DNA of 64,000 nucleotides from Anaeramoeba ignava BMAN (Eukaryota; Protista; Anaeramoebae). The position numbers and the translations under genes were made by a program. Positions 1 through 13,612 of the stretch are shown here, piece after piece (within the stretch, counting starts at the first letter, position 1; every line of letters begins with the position of its first letter). The stretch covers positions 310,001-374,000 of the forward strand of contig JAPDFW010000064.1 of the NCBI GenBank assembly GCA_028826165.1, written 5' to 3'. The notes under the pieces were generated by a model. The model was not told the DNA's origin. It saw only the letters and a list, made by a program, of their open reading frames with translations, and did not search any database.

Positions 1-5
1 TAATA

Positions 6-3000
6 ATGAATCCAGGAAATTACAGTGTGAATTTTTACGGAACAACGATTAATAAATCAGTGACAATTGTGGGTCAAGATAAAAGTCAAGTGTTTGTTGA
101 CTGCGATTATAACAAATACGGATTAATTGTCACAAACACACAAAACATTGCTTTTGAAAACATCAGCTTTGCCAATTGCGAAATAAGTGGCGGCAGTTAC
201 GGTGGAGCAGCGTTAACTATCAATTCTCAAGCAGTCTCAATTAAAAACTGCCAATTTATCAATAACAATGTTGAGCCATATGTTACTATGCAAGGTGTTT
301 ATAGCGCTGCAATCTTTTTTGATAACTGCCAAACAGCTAGCGTTGAAAACTGTCTTTTTAAAAACAACCTCAATAGCCACAACGGATCGGGCGCCATTTT
401 TGCCAGATATTTCGCAACTGCCGACGCTGTTCTTAAGGTCAATAATAATTCCTTTGTGGGTAATCAAGGTGCTGTTGGCGCTCTGCAGGTCAACTACACA
501 AAAACAGTCCAGAATTCATCAATTCAAATAGCTTTTTCAAATTTTACTTCAAATTTGGGTGCAAATATTTCTGGTGCTGTTTTTATCCAGTACACTGCAG
601 ATGGTGCAGGAAACTCCATTTATATCAATAACACAAACTTCACAAACAACAGCGCGCTCATTTTCGGCGCTTTCGGATTATTCCATAACGGAAAGTGCCA
701 AAACTCCACATTTTCCATTTCAAAATCTTTTTTTAAAGGAAATAAGGCGAATATTTATTCGGGAGCAATTTCGCAAATTTATAACTCATTATTCAACACA
801 TCATATATCGAGATTACTTCGAGCAACTTCACATCAAACACTGGGTATCGTGGCGCAATTTATATCGATGACTCTCCGTATGGAAACCATGGAGATATTC
901 TCAACAACTCTCTTATTATTCAGGGGTGCCTTTTCACGAGCAACACTGGTGAATCTGGAGGCGCCATTTCTGCCAATTCCAGAGTGTCACTCAACATGCT
1001 CAAAAACACATATTCCAATAACTCTGCGCACCAAGGAGGTGCAATGTATTTAAAGAACATCCTGTCCTTCTACGACGGGTCCTCAAACTATCTTGATGAC
1101 ACTGCAATTGTTGGCGCCGAGTTTATGTGCCTTACATCCGGGCAATTCGAATTCAAAAGCGTTGAGTTCCAATCAAAACTTGTTGAGGATACAATCTTTT
1201 TTGTGTTTTCAAACCACAGTCTCGATTTAAGCTACTCGACATTTGAATGTCCTGAAGGCTCTGTTTTCATAATCGAAAACGAGACGGATCACAATTTCGA
1301 CTTGGAATATAAATATCAATTCAGTTTCGAGTGTGTTGAGTGTCCTGTCGGCACTTATTCGCTACGTCGTGGCGGATATAACACAGATTTCGATTGCTAC
1401 TTATGTCCCACTCAAGCAGAGTGCCGCGGAGGTGCAGATGTTTATGTGAAAAACGGATTTTGGGGAGACAAATTGGAATCAGGAAAAATCCAATTTTTCC
1501 CTTGTCCAGAAGATTTCTGCTCACCAAATTCAATTAATAATGCCCAACTTGTTTTATACAACACATGCAAAAATCATCGGGAAGGTTTTCTGTGCACTCA
1601 ATGCACGGAAGGCTACACAGAATCTCTTTTCCCAAGTGGAGAATGCAAAGAAAAGGAAAAATGCCACCACCAAATCTTCCAGTATCTTTTGATGCTCTTT
1701 TTCATCTCCATCTGGCTTGTGTGGTCGCTTATTTTCATTCCGCAAGCAAAGACCGGACATTTTCATATTATGGCCTATTTCTTTCAGACTCTCAGCATCG
1801 TGATTCCCATGATGGACTCGCGCAAAAGCGATGGTTTCTGGAGATTTCTTCTCTCCATCGCAGAGCTTTTCAACCTTCAAACATACCTTCCTCTTTTTGG
1901 ATCTTTTGGCGAATGTCCAGGCGCTGAGATGAATTCTGTGCAGAAAAAGTTGATGAGACTTGTCGGCCCTTCGGTTAGTATCGGAATAATTCTTTTTGTA
2001 TATATCTTCCACTTGATTCGCTCTGCAAAATCTTCTGTGAGAGAAGCTGATGAATCCGATGAAGATGATTCAAAAAAGGAAAATTCCAAAAATAACAAAA
2101 AAAACGATGACGAAATTAATTTATCCGATCAAAGTGGAGATCTTAGTTCAGATGAAGTTTCTAAAAAGAAAAATTTATCCAAATCCAAATCTCAATCTCA
2201 AAAGATGGGTTCTTCAGACCAATCTCTTGACTTTAAAGACGCCGATTGGCATCATGCCGAAATCAATTTCAACGATGATACAGATAACTCAGACACGCTT
2301 TCATCCATTTCTTACGACAAAACAGTCTCAGAACTTTCGGATTCCAACATCGACAGAATTGACAAGGCACATCTGGAATCGCTTGTCGGGAACCTAATTA
2401 CACGTCCCGAATCCGAAAGTTTGACACGATTTTCTTGGTTTAAAAGAGCAAATATTGCTCTGATCACCATTTTATTCCTGTTTTATTTTGTCGCGCTCAA
2501 AATTGTTTTGGAGACAACGAATTGCATCCAAATCTCTCGCAATTCCGAGAAGAAAAGATATCTGTATATTTACACAACCGCAGAGTGCTATACTGGTGCT
2601 CAAAAATTTGGGATTTTCATGGCGATTATTTTATCCATTTTACCGCTCATCTTGCTTTTTTTCTTGATCAAAAAGCGCACTATCAAGAATCCTGATTCTT
2701 TGCTTAGCATCTTCACAGGTCCATATAAAAGGGCTTATTACTGGTTTTCCGTTATGATGTTTTATTGGCGATTTCTTCTTCTTATTTTCTTTGTCTTTGT
2801 TAAAGATCCCACTTCTCAATCTTTTGTTCTCATGTTCTTCTGCATTATTTTCTTGATCCTCCACTTGAACTTTCTTCCTTTTGCTTCTAATTGGCACAAT
2901 TCTCTGCAAACAATTTCTCTTTCTATTCTTGTTTTGGTTTCCACATTGAATATTTCTCACTCAAGTTGGGAATATGCTGGTCTTGTTACTTTTTCTGGCT

Positions 3001-3128
3001 CTTTGAAAAAGCTCAGTTTTGGCATGTATTATTTCATCTTCTCTTTATGCACTGTTCTTTTTGTTTACTCTTTTATTATCTACGTTAATTTACTCAAACG
3101 ACATTTCAAATGCTTCAAATGCAAATAG
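6..3128 (+). CDS. Surface protein: Pmp-like/pectin-lyase beta-helix repeats, Cys-rich stalk, multi-pass TM C-terminus (may begin upstream of the window)
   Basis: Intronless 1040-aa ORF with repeated FxxN...GGAI motifs, CxxCPxG/CxxC Cys-rich segment and about 8 hydrophobic helices interrupted by an acidic/Ser loop. There is no in-frame stop before the ATG at 6 and no signal peptide, so it is likely 5'-truncated. Confidence 0.75.
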   Translation: MNPGNYSVNFYGTTINKSVTIVGQDKSQVFVDCDYNKYGLIVTNTQNIAFENISFANCEISGGSYGGAALTINSQAVSIKNCQFINNNVEPYVTMQGVYSAAIFFDNCQTASVENCLFKNNLNSHNGSGAIFARYFATADAVLKVNNNSFVGNQGAVGALQVNYTKTVQNSSIQIAFSNFTSNLGANISGAVFIQYTADGAGNSIYINNTNFTNNSALIFGAFGLFHNGKCQNSTFSISKSFFKGNKANIYSGAISQIYNSLFNTSYIEITSSNFTSNTGYRGAIYIDDSPYGNHGDILNNSLIIQGCLFTSNTGESGGAISANSRVSLNMLKNTYSNNSAHQGGAMYLKNILSFYDGSSNYLDDTAIVGAEFMCLTSGQFEFKSVEFQSKLVEDTIFFVFSNHSLDLSYSTFECPEGSVFIIENETDHNFDLEYKYQFSFECVECPVGTYSLRRGGYNTDFDCYLCPTQAECRGGADVYVKNGFWGDKLESGKIQFFPCPEDFCSPNSINNAQLVLYNTCKNHREGFLCTQCTEGYTESLFPSGECKEKEKCHHQIFQYLLMLFFISIWLVWSLIFIPQAKTGHFHIMAYFFQTLSIVIPMMDSRKSDGFWRFLLSIAELFNLQTYLPLFGSFGECPGAEMNSVQKKLMRLVGPSVSIGIILFVYIFHLIRSAKSSVREADESDEDDSKKENSKNNKKNDDEINLSDQSGDLSSDEVSKKKNLSKSKSQSQKMGSSDQSLDFKDADWHHAEINFNDDTDNSDTLSSISYDKTVSELSDSNIDRIDKAHLESLVGNLITRPESESLTRFSWFKRANIALITILFLFYFVALKIVLETTNCIQISRNSEKKRYLYIYTTAECYTGAQKFGIFMAIILSILPLILLFFLIKKRTIKNPDSLLSIFTGPYKRAYYWFSVMMFYWRFLLLIFFVFVKDPTSQSFVLMFFCIIFLILHLNFLPFASNWHNSLQTISLSILVLVSTLNISHSSWEYAGLVTFSGSLKKLSFGMYYFIFSLCTVLFVYSFIIYVNLLKRHFKCFKCK

Positions 3129-3139
3129 ATCTTATAATT

Positions 3140-3290
3140 TCCAATTCAAATTCAAATTCAAAATCAAATTCGAATTCAAATTCAAATTCAAATTCAAATT
3201 CAAATTCAAATTCAATTTCAAAATCAAATTCAAATTCAATTTCAAATTCAAATTCAAATTCAAATTCAAATTCAATTTCAAATTAATTTA
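3140..3290. repeat. (TTCAAA)n hexamer microsatellite
   Basis: Direct tandem repeat just downstream of the stop at 3128. Confidence 0.9.
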
Positions 3291-4187
3291 AAATTTAATT
3301 TTGTTAATTCTTCTCTTCTTTTTTTTAATTTTAATTTTCAATTCAAAACCCAAAAATAAATTTTACTTCTTTGGAATTTTTCATTTTAATTATATTATAC
3401 AAATAAAATTTCTTTTTGCTTCTTTTTTTTAATTTAATTCAATACTCAAAATTTTTGATCTATCTCCTTAAATTTTAGTTTAAAATCTTAATCAAACTTT
3501 AATTTAATTTAAAACTTTTAATTTAATAATTTTTTTATTTAAATTATTTATTTTTAGTGATTCTTCTTTTTGATTTCTTTCTTCTTTTTTCAACTCTTCA
3601 ATTCATTTATTCAAAATTTAATTTTAAATTAACCAAAATTTATATTTTTTAATTGATTTACAATTTTTGCTTTTTTTTTTATTTAAGATCTCCTTTTAAA
3701 ATTATTTTCTTTTTTAAAAGACTTTTTTTATCAATTTTAATTAAATAATTCTTTTCAAAACTTATTCAAACTTTTCTTTTCTTTTTTATTTTGAAATTCC
3801 AAAAAAAAAAGAGGATTTTTTTCTCTCAAAGAATTTTTAAGAAAGAAATCAATTTTTCCAAAAGATTGCCTATTATTTTTATTTCTTTTCAAATTCACTA
3901 TTTATTTTTTTTTTTCAATTTAGAATCACAATTTATAAAAAAATTTTTTTCCTTTAAAAAAAAAAACAAACAAAAAATCATTTTCATTTTCATTTTTTTC
4001 CTTTTTTTTTTTTTTAATTTGTATTTTAAAACCAAAAAAATTAAAAACAAAAAAAAAATTTTTTTTCTTCTTTAAAAACTCAAACATATTTTGAATTAGT
4101 GATCAAATTAATCAAATAAAACAACATTTCAAACTATTCTGAATAAAAATAAAACAAAAACAAAAACAAAAACAAAATAAACGGAAA

Positions 4188-7100
4188 ATGCAACCAAAAC
4201 AAGAAAAACAAAATGATCTTAAAAGATCAACAAATATTCTCCAACAAAATCCGCAATTTAACCCTTTTTTTCTTCAAATAAATCCATCAACGGGTTTACC
4301 TTTATATTCTTTTTTTCCTCCTCAATCGTTTTCTCAATCTTTTCCTTATTCATTTCCCTATTCACTCCAAAATAATTTTTTAAATCCTATTTTTAATTCA
4401 ACAAATCAGTTACAAAAAGATCAAATACAAAATATTTCAAATCTGAATCAAAATTTTTCAAATTTCAATCAAAATCAAAATCAAAATCAAAATCAAATTC
4501 AAAATCAAAATCAAAATTTGAATCAAAATCAAAATCAAAATCAAAATCAAAATTTTAATCAAATTCAAGTTCAAATTCAAAATTTTAATCAGAATCAAAT
4601 TCAAAATCAAATTCAAAATTTCAATCAAAATTTGAATCAAAATCAAATTCAAAATGAAAACCAAAATCAATTTCAAAATCAAATTCAAAATTTCAATCAG
4701 AATCAAAATCAAAATCAAATTCAAAATTTCAATCAGAATCAAAATCAAAATTTGAATCAAAATTCAAATCAAAATCAAAATGAAAATTCAAATCAAAATT
4801 CAAATCAAAATCAAAATCAAAATGAAAATTCAAATGAAAAATTCAAAATCAAATGAAAATTCAAATCAAAAATCAAAATGAAAATCAAAATTCAAATGAA
4901 AATTCAAATTATATGGAAATTGAAAATGACAAATTAAATCCAATTTCTGAGTAAAAATATTTTTATTTAATTATTTTAATTTACTTATTTTTATTTATTA
5001 ATGTTAATTTTTAGATCTTCAAAACCACAAGAAAAAAAAATAAACGAACCATTAAAAATCGAAATCGCACATCAATATCTTGATAAAGTTCAAGAAAGAT
5101 TCCAAAATAAACCTGAATTATGGAGGGAATTTATGGGGATTATCAATGATTTGAAACAGGGAAATAGACCATTTGAAGAAATAGTTGATTCTATGAGAGA
5201 TGTCTTTAAAAATGATCAAGATCTTTTTGATGGATTTTCTCATTTTCTTTGTTCGTCACCAAGAGAATCAGTTGCGGGAAATAAAGATAAATATATCGAT
5301 CAGAAATCAATTGATTTCATTGAAAAACTCCAAAAAAGGCTCACTAAAGAAGCTTATACTCAATTTCTTTATTATTTAAGAAAATTTCAAGATGGAAAAA
5401 TTTCTCAACCACATTTATTAAATTCAATTTATAAGATTCTTGGCGATCATCCTGATTTAATTGAATCTTTTCGGTTTTATATTCCTTCCGAACAAACAAA
5501 TGCAAACAAATCTTTGCAAACAAATACACTTACAACTGAAACTCAAAATCCTCTTCCGGAAACAGAAAATAATTCTTTATTATCAAAAGAAAAAATTATT
5601 GAAAATTCAAATATTAATAAAGTTGCAAAATCAAAGGCAATGCCAAAAGAATCAATTCCCCGTCAACAATCAATGTCAAATGAACAACAATCAATGCCAA
5701 ATGAGCAACAATCAATATCAAATGAGCAAAAATCAATATCAAATGAGCAAAAATCAATATCAAATGAGCAACAATTAATGCCAAATGAGCAAAAATCAAT
5801 ATCAAATGAGCAAAAATCAATATCAAATGAACAACAATCAATGTCAAAAGAGCAAAAATCAATGTCAAATGAGCAAAAATCAATGTCAAATGAGCAAAAA
5901 TCAATGTCAAATGAGCAACAATCAATGTCAAATGAGCAAAAATCAATGTCAAATGAGCAAAAATTAATATCAAATGAACAACAATTAATATCAAATGAAC
6001 AACAATCAATGTCAAATGAGCAACAATCAATGCCTATGATAATTCAATATCCTTTCCAAATGCAATATCCTTTTCAAATGCAATATCCTTTTATAATGCC
6101 AAATCAAATGCCAATAATAAATCCAATGAGCAAACAAGCTCCAATATCAACACAACAAAAAATATACACTTATAATCCAATATATAATCAAATGCAAATG
6201 CAAATGCAAAAACAAAAACAAAAACAAAAAGAAATAATTCATAAATCAGCTCCAACTCATCATGTTCAGTTTTTTCAAGAACTTAGAAATAATATGAAAG
6301 AAGAAGATTACTTTGATCTCCTTGGATTACTGAATTTATTCAAGCAAGGTCTATTAACTAAAGAAAATGTTTTAAATCTTTCTGAAGAGCTTTTAACTCA
6401 AAATCTTTTCCGAAAATTTAGTTTTATGTTTTCAAATACATCTAAAAATAAAAAAGATATACAAGAAAGTAAATCACAGAAAAAAGCAAAGCAATCAATC
6501 GATTCATTAGAACGTATAGGAAATTCTTATTATAAATTGCCTAATGAAGTAAAATTTAAAAATTAAAAATTTAAAAATTAAAAATTAAAATTACAATTAA
6601 AATGAAATTTAGGAAATTCTTTCTTCTCAGGCAATGAACGATTCACATAAAAATATTCTCAATTTAAATTTGAATTCTATCTCAAGTTTTCAAGAAAATT
6701 TCCCAATTAATCCAAATGAATTCTCTTCTTTTTATCTTTTAGATTTGCAAAAAATCGAAGAAGAAAAAACAGAACTTGATGTTTTAATAGAAAATAATAA
6801 AAGAACGCTTAATAAATTTGAAAAATTATCCACAGAAATTGAGCAAACCCAAACAAATTTTATTGCAAATGGTAATCAAAAATTATTAATTTTTTTATTT
6901 AATTTTTTTTATCCGATTTATGAACCAATATTTAATTACACTTTTTACAAAAGATATTCAACTTGATCCTCTTCATATAAGCGCTTTAGAGGAAATTTAT
7001 GGAAGTAGAACCAAAAATATTATCATTGGAATCAAAAGAAATGCAACAGTTGCAATTTCTGTGATTCTTAGAAGACTAAAACAAAGAGAAATCAAACTAA

Positions 7101-8468
7101 ACAAAATCAAAAATGCATTTCAAACAAATATTCAAAACTCCAAACTTCAAATACTTGAAAAATATAAATATTTCACAAATCAAAACTATTTAAATATCCA
7201 CAATCAAATACTCAAACCTCAATGTACTAATTTAATTATTATTCAAAAAATTAAATTTTATATTTTATATTTTAAATTTTATATTTTTTAAAAAAAAAGC
7301 TGTTTTGATGTCTATTTATCAAGCAAAACAAAATGAACTGTTTCAAAAATCATATCATATAAAGCACGAATTCGGAGAAAAATCAATACATGATTTGATA
7401 TATAATCTTCTTTTATTAAAATGCTTAAATTTTTATGAAAATCAATCAAAAAATGGAAAACAAGAAGAACAATTAAAAAACAAAATTGAACAATTTTATC
7501 TATCTTTTCTCAATCACTTTCTTTTATTGAAAGCTCCAAAAAACAACCCAAATTTGAATCAAAACTTATCTCCTTTGAATACAGAGATTGAACAAAATAA
7601 TCAGGAAAAGCAAACAGAAAAAATACACAATATTTGTTTTGGAAACAGAAAAATGTTTATATTTTTTCAAACATATTCGGGTTTATATGAAAAAATTCAA
7701 TTGAGTAAAAAAGATATTGAATCAACTCAAAATAACAAAATCAAAAATCAAAATTCATCAAATAAGAAAAGAAATGCAATATCACAAATTTTTAATCTTC
7801 TGAAGCAATTTATTTCTCGGGAAATAAATCAACAAAAATTTATTGAAGAATGTGAAAAATCATTCAATATTCCATTCAACACAATTTTGATTCCTCAAAT
7901 TGTTGTTTCTGTAATAAATTCAATTGAATCAATTATGGGAAATCAAGAATGCAAAGACTGCATTGATTTATTTCATTATGAAACAAAAAAATCAAGTAAT
8001 CAACAGAATTGCCATTTTCAAAACTCTCAATTGTTGATCAAAGAAAACGAAATTTTTCTGTTTGAATTTGTTGAATCGCAACAACAAATTGCTCAATCCG
8101 AAAAATCTCTCAAAATAAAACTAATGGATTCAGAACAAAATATGCATCAATTTCTGAAAAAAAAATCCAAAATTACTTCCCATTTATTCCTGATTGAAAA
8201 TTTCCTTTTTCCAAAAACAAATTTCCAAATTAATCCAAGAAATATTTATTTCCAAAAACTTTTTTTAATCAGAAATTTCCCTCCAAATCATTTTAATTTG
8301 TTAAATTATTTCAAAAAACAGCCTTTAAAACAACAAGCTTCATTCCAAAAAGAATTCTTTTTCAAAAATATAATTGTATTCAATTCCTTACAAATCAAAC
8401 CAAGAAAAAATGGAAAATGGAATTTTGTTCATGATTCTTTTGATTTCTTTTATCGATTCCACAAATGA
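4188..8468 (+). CDS. SIN3: Sin3-like paired amphipathic helix co-repressor
   Basis: PAH-like repeats (AHQYLDKVQERFQNKPELW, SIDFIEKLQKRL...YTQFL, FFQELRNNM...YFDLLGLLNLF), RIGNSYYKLP and KIEEEKTELDVLIENN motifs. Introns about 4951-5014, 6549-6612, 6872-6953, 7224-7299. Frame break in the QN tract near 4840-4875. Confidence 0.8.
5665..6032 (+). repeat. 21-nt coding tandem repeat (SNEQ[QK]S[MI]), about 17 units
   Basis: Seen directly in the DNA and the translation. Confidence 0.9.
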
Positions 8469-8760
8469 TACTAGATTTTCGCATTCAAACAAAAATACAA
8501 ATAAATATTTTGTTTTTTTGTTTGTTTGCTAGTGATTTCTTTTTTATAATAAGAATTAGTATTTCTATCGATACTTTTATTATTATTATTATTGTTATTG
8601 TTTTTGTTATTATTATCAATAATTTTGGGAAAAGATTAGGTTGACAGAAATTTATTTGAAGAAATTTCATTTGCTTTTCTTTTTGAATTAATTTTGAAAG
8701 AAATCAAAATGATAAATAAAAAAAATTTTTTTCTTTTTTTTTATTCATTTTATCATTTTA

Positions 8761-9615
8761 TCATTTTTCTGAATTAGTTGAATCGTGTTCATATTCTTCA
8801 TCAGAATAAGAAGAAAAGCGTAAAGAATTATTTTGATTTTTTTTAATTAAAAGATATTCTTTTTGTTGTCTAATTAAACCTAAAAACAACTTTCATCAAA
8901 TATTAAAAATCAAAAATTAAAAAATTTAAAAATTAAAAATTAAAAATCAAAAATAAAATTGAAAAGGAAAATTTTTGATTTACATTCTTTTTTTGATCAG
9001 AAAGAGTATTCCATTTATTTTCAATTCTTTTCTTAGTTTTTTTTTCAGACATTTTTGGATGTGTTTTTTTCAATTTGAGTTTTTGTTGAATCTTAAATAA
9101 CTCGAACGGTTTGATTTCCGTTTGAGATTTCAAAGTATCACGGAGAATTTTGATAAATCTTGATTTGAATTGCTGTTTCCTTTGGTATCTGTGCTCCTCG
9201 GAAGAACTAGAACTTGTTGTTGGAATGAAATGAATATGTGATTTCCGTGATTTGACCCATTCACGTACTTCCTTTTTAAATCGTCTTCTATCATCTTTTG
9301 CTTTTTGTTCGAAAATCTACGTAAATAAATTAATTTTAACGGAAAAAAAACGGTCAAAGTGTCAAAAAATTTAATAAAATTCAATAATAAAATTCAATAA
9401 GATTTAACCATTTTTTCTGATTTATTGAAATTTTGCCATTTTTCTTGTGTTTGTATAAATAAAGTATGTGTGTTAATTTCAGGATTTTGTTTTTTGAAAT
9501 CTTCACAAAAAAATAAAAAGGCAGATAATGGTTTTTTTGGAGTTATAATATGAGATTTTTTTGATATTTTTTTTGAATTTTGTTTTTTTCTTTTTTTATT
9601 TTTATTTTTATTCAT
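8761..9615 (-). CDS. Two-HMG-box protein
   Basis: PKKPLSAFLFFCEDF...EKWQ...FEQKAKDDRRRF, and a second box KPFELF...KWNTLSDQKK. Introns about 9317-9408 and 8890-8983 give a continuous frame to TGA at 8761. Confidence 0.75.
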
Positions 9616-9689
9616 ATATTTTAAAAAGAATGAAAAATGAAAAATGAAAAATGAAAAATGAAAAATGATTTTGTTCCGTTTTATTTTTT

Positions 9690-12600
9690 CTACAAAAATA
9701 ACGAAATTTGTTGAAGAAAATGAATTCCTTCAATTTTTTCTTTTTCCAAAAACAAAAAAGAAAACAATTCAACTTGCTCAATATAACGTTCCACAATTTT
9801 ATGATCATAAGGTTTAGAGAAGTATCTTTTAATTTTTTGTTGTAAAATTTGAGGAAAAGGTGAAATTTTTTGAGCAATTGCAAAAAGTATACTAAAATCT
9901 TGTTGACGAAATCCAAGACTAATAAGAGTATTTTGAGTTAGAGAGTCCAAGAATTCTTCAGTAAAAATGGAGAGCATATCACTTAAAATTTTTGCTTGAG
10001 AATATAGTTCATCAAGTCTTTGTTCCAAATAAGTTAAGGCCTTTTTTAGAAATAAAAATAAAAAATAAAAAAAACGGATTTTTTTGTTCCACTTTTTTTT
10101 GCTTTTTTTTTTTCTTTTAATTCTTACAAAATTAGAATCAACTTGAAAACCTTCTAATACTTTTAATGTTTGTAATGTTTGGAGTATATGAGAAGAAGGT
10201 TTCAGAACAGGAAATGCAATGACGTTCTGTGGATTTAATTCAATTTCATCTTCAGGAATCGAAGTTTTAATTTCAAACTGTTGATTATCTTTCTTAATAA
10301 CTTCCTTTTGTGATAAAATATTTTTACTATCGCGAGATATGTTTTCAATTATATGAAATTCCTCAAGTTCTTGATCCGGTAATTGAGGGTGAAATTCCAG
10401 GCGATGAATTTCGCATAATGTATTATCAAGATCAATAACCATAAAACGAGCCATTTTAATAGGATTTTTTGGACGTTTTCCAAGAACAACAAGAATGTTT
10501 TTTAAATTTTGATGGATAATATTTTTCTTTTTTTCATTTAATTCAGGTGTTGATTGCAAATAATACTCTGGGATGATTTCTGTATTATAATCTCCATAGA
10601 GGGAATATGTTGGATTCAGAAAATCTTCCTCACTATATCTTTTCTCTTCATCAGGATCTAAATCGACCCATTCAGAATCATCAAATTCTGGTTCACCATC
10701 AAAGTTGGAAATTTTATTTGATTCTGGAATGTGCGGGAAACGAAGAAAATAGGATAGCACAAACACAAACTGTTTTGTTTGGTCTTCATCTTTTCCAATC
10801 ACAAGAATTTTTGAATAATATCCTTTTTGCCAACCGTATAAAATTTGGATAAATTTATTTATTGGAATTAAATCCTCATTTGAATTTTTTGATGAATTTC
10901 TTGTATAACTTTCTGTTGTTGTGATCCATCCAAGAAACATTGCAAGAGTAGCAGTTAAAACTCTTGAAAAGAAGCTTTTTGTTTTCCAATTTTTGGAGAA
11001 TGGATTAAAATTGGTCAAAATGAGAAGAATTTTTTGAAATTAAGTTTTACAAATTTTTTTCTGCTGTATCAAATTGAGAAGATAATAAAGAAATTTGTTG
11101 AAGAAGGATACTCGCGTGTCCTAATCGAGAAACTTGATCAATCGATGTTAGAAAATATTCCCAATAGTGTTGTGGGAATTTTGGAGCTGAATGTATTTTT
11201 TCCATAAAAGAACAAAGAAATTGTGATTCTAATTTGATTTTTTGATATGAATTAAGTTCATACATTCGGAACACTTTCTTTATTTTTATATATAAATTTT
11301 AAAATAAATTTAAATATAAATTTTAATATAAATTTTGATATAAATTTTGATATAAATTTTAAAATAAATTTTTAAAATTTAAAAATAAATTTTAAAAAAT
11401 TAAAATAAATTTTAATATAAATTTAAAAAATAAAAATAAATTTTAATATAAATTTAAATATAAATTTTTTAAAAATAAATTTTTAAAATAAATTTAAATA
11501 TAAATTTTAAAAATAAATTTTTAAAATAAATTTTAAAATAAATTTTAAATATAAATTTAATAAATAATTTTTTAAAAAATAAATTTAAAATATAAATTTT
11601 AAAATAAATTTTAATATAAATTTAAATATTAATATAAATTTTAAATAAATTTTAATATAAATTTTAAAATATAAATTTTAATATAAATTTTAAAATAAAT
11701 TTTAATATAAATTTTAATATAAATTTTTTAAAATAAATTTTAATATAAATTTTAATATAAATTTTAATATAAATTTAAAATAATATAAATTTTAATATAA
11801 ATTTTAATATAAATTTTAAATATAAATTTTAATATAAATTTTAATATAAATTTTAAAATAAATTTTAATATAAATTTTATATAAATTTATAAAATAAATT
11901 TTAAAATAAATTTTAATATAAATTTTTAATATAAATTTTAATATAAATTTTAATATAAATATAAATTTTTAAATTTATAAATTTTAAATAAATAATAAAT
12001 TTTAAATATAAATTTTAATATAAATTTTTATATAAATTTTAAATAAATTTTTAATATAAATTTAAAATATAAATTTTAATATAAATTTTAAAAATTTTTA
12101 ATATAAATTTTAATATAAATTTTAATATAAATTTTAAATAAAATTTAAATAAATTTAAATATAAATTTTTAAAATTTTGAAATAAATTTTAATATAAATT
12201 TTAAATAAATTTTTGGGTGAAATATAAATTTTAATATAAATTTAATATAAATTTTAAAAATAAATTTTAAAATAAATTTAAAAATAAATAAATTTAAATA
12301 TAAATTTTTAAATAAAATTTTATAAATTTTAAATATAAATAAATTTTAATATAAATTTTAATATAAATTTTTAAATAAATTTTAAAATAAATTTTTAAAA
12401 AAAAATAAATTTTTTTAAAAATATAAATTTTAATATATAAATTTTAATATAAATTTTAATATAAATTTTAAAATAAATTTTTAATATAAATTTTAAAATA
12501 AATTTTATAAATTTTAATATAAATTTTAAAATAAATTTTAAATAAATCTTTAAAATAAATTTTAATATAAATTTTAATATAAATTTTTATAAATTTTAAT

Positions 12601-13499
12601 ATAAATTTTAATATAAATTTTAATATAAATTTTAATATAAATTTTGAAATAAATTTTAAAATAAATTTTAAATAAATTTTAATATAAATTTTAATATAAT
12701 AAATTTTAATATAAATTTTAAAATAAATTTTAAAAATAAATTTTAAAATAAATTTTAAAATAAAAATTTAAATTTTAATATAAATTTAAATATAAATTTT
12801 AATATAAATTTTAATATAAATTTTAATATAAATTTTAATATAAATTTTAATATAAATTTTAATATAAATTTTAAATATAAATTTTAATATAAATTTTAAT
12901 ATAAATTTTAATATAAATTTTAATATAAATTTAAATATAAATTTTAATATAAATTTATAATATAAATTTTAAAATACTTCTTGAGAATTAGGATTCTCAA
13001 TACAATTTAAAAATGTAAGATATAAATTAATCAATTTAATCATTCTAATAAGATAAAAATCAAGAAAAAGAAAAGAACGAAAAATTGAATCTTCAGGAAT
13101 TGAATTTTTTGTAATTCTATAAATTATCATTAAACTAAATGTATAGGATGGATTCATATTTTGAGAATTTTGTTTAATATCATCTAAAGAATAACTTTGC
13201 AAAAGTTCTTGAATATTTTCCATACTCCAAATTTGTTCTATACTTGATCCTTTTTCCTCAGAAATCCATGAATAATTTAGTTTGAAAAGTTTCGATATTA
13301 CAATATAATGATTTTTGTTAATAATTAATTTGTGTATTTTTGTGTTTGTTGATGTGATTTTCATTGGAATTGATCCAAAAGATAATTGATAAAGTTTTTT
13401 TTTTGATATAATTAAATTTTCATTTTCATTATTTTGATTTGAATCAAATAAAAGAATTTGTCTTGATTGCCATATAAGTAATTGAGTTTGTTTGTTCAT
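9690..13499 (-). CDS. FNIP: Folliculin-interacting protein (FNIP/Lst4-like, longin-DENN)
   Basis: QILLFDS, LSFGSIPM, FFSRVLTATLAMFLGWITT, LYG...KILVIG...FVLSYFLR match FNIP motifs. Introns about 11278-12977, 10976-11050, 10041-10127. Confidence 0.8.
11290..12970. repeat. Intronic ~12-nt satellite (TAAATTTTAATA)n in FNIP intron 1
   Basis: About 1.7 kb of almost pure A/T degenerate tandem repeat between the GT and AG. Confidence 0.9.
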
Positions 13500-13612
13500 A
13501 AAAATTAAAAAATGAAAAAATGAAAAAATGAAAAAATGAAAAAAAATTTTATCTTTTTTTTTGAAAGAAAGAAAAGAAAAAAAAAAAAAAAGAAATTAAG
13601 AAAATTAAACTT

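Noticed and set aside
237-2960. Several overlapping ORFs within gene 1
   Set aside because: Shadow ORFs due to higher GC; no motifs.
10976-11050. Apparent stop or non-canonical junction in FNIP
   Set aside because: Resolved by a 75-nt GT-AAG intron giving EKNFFFSRVLTA.
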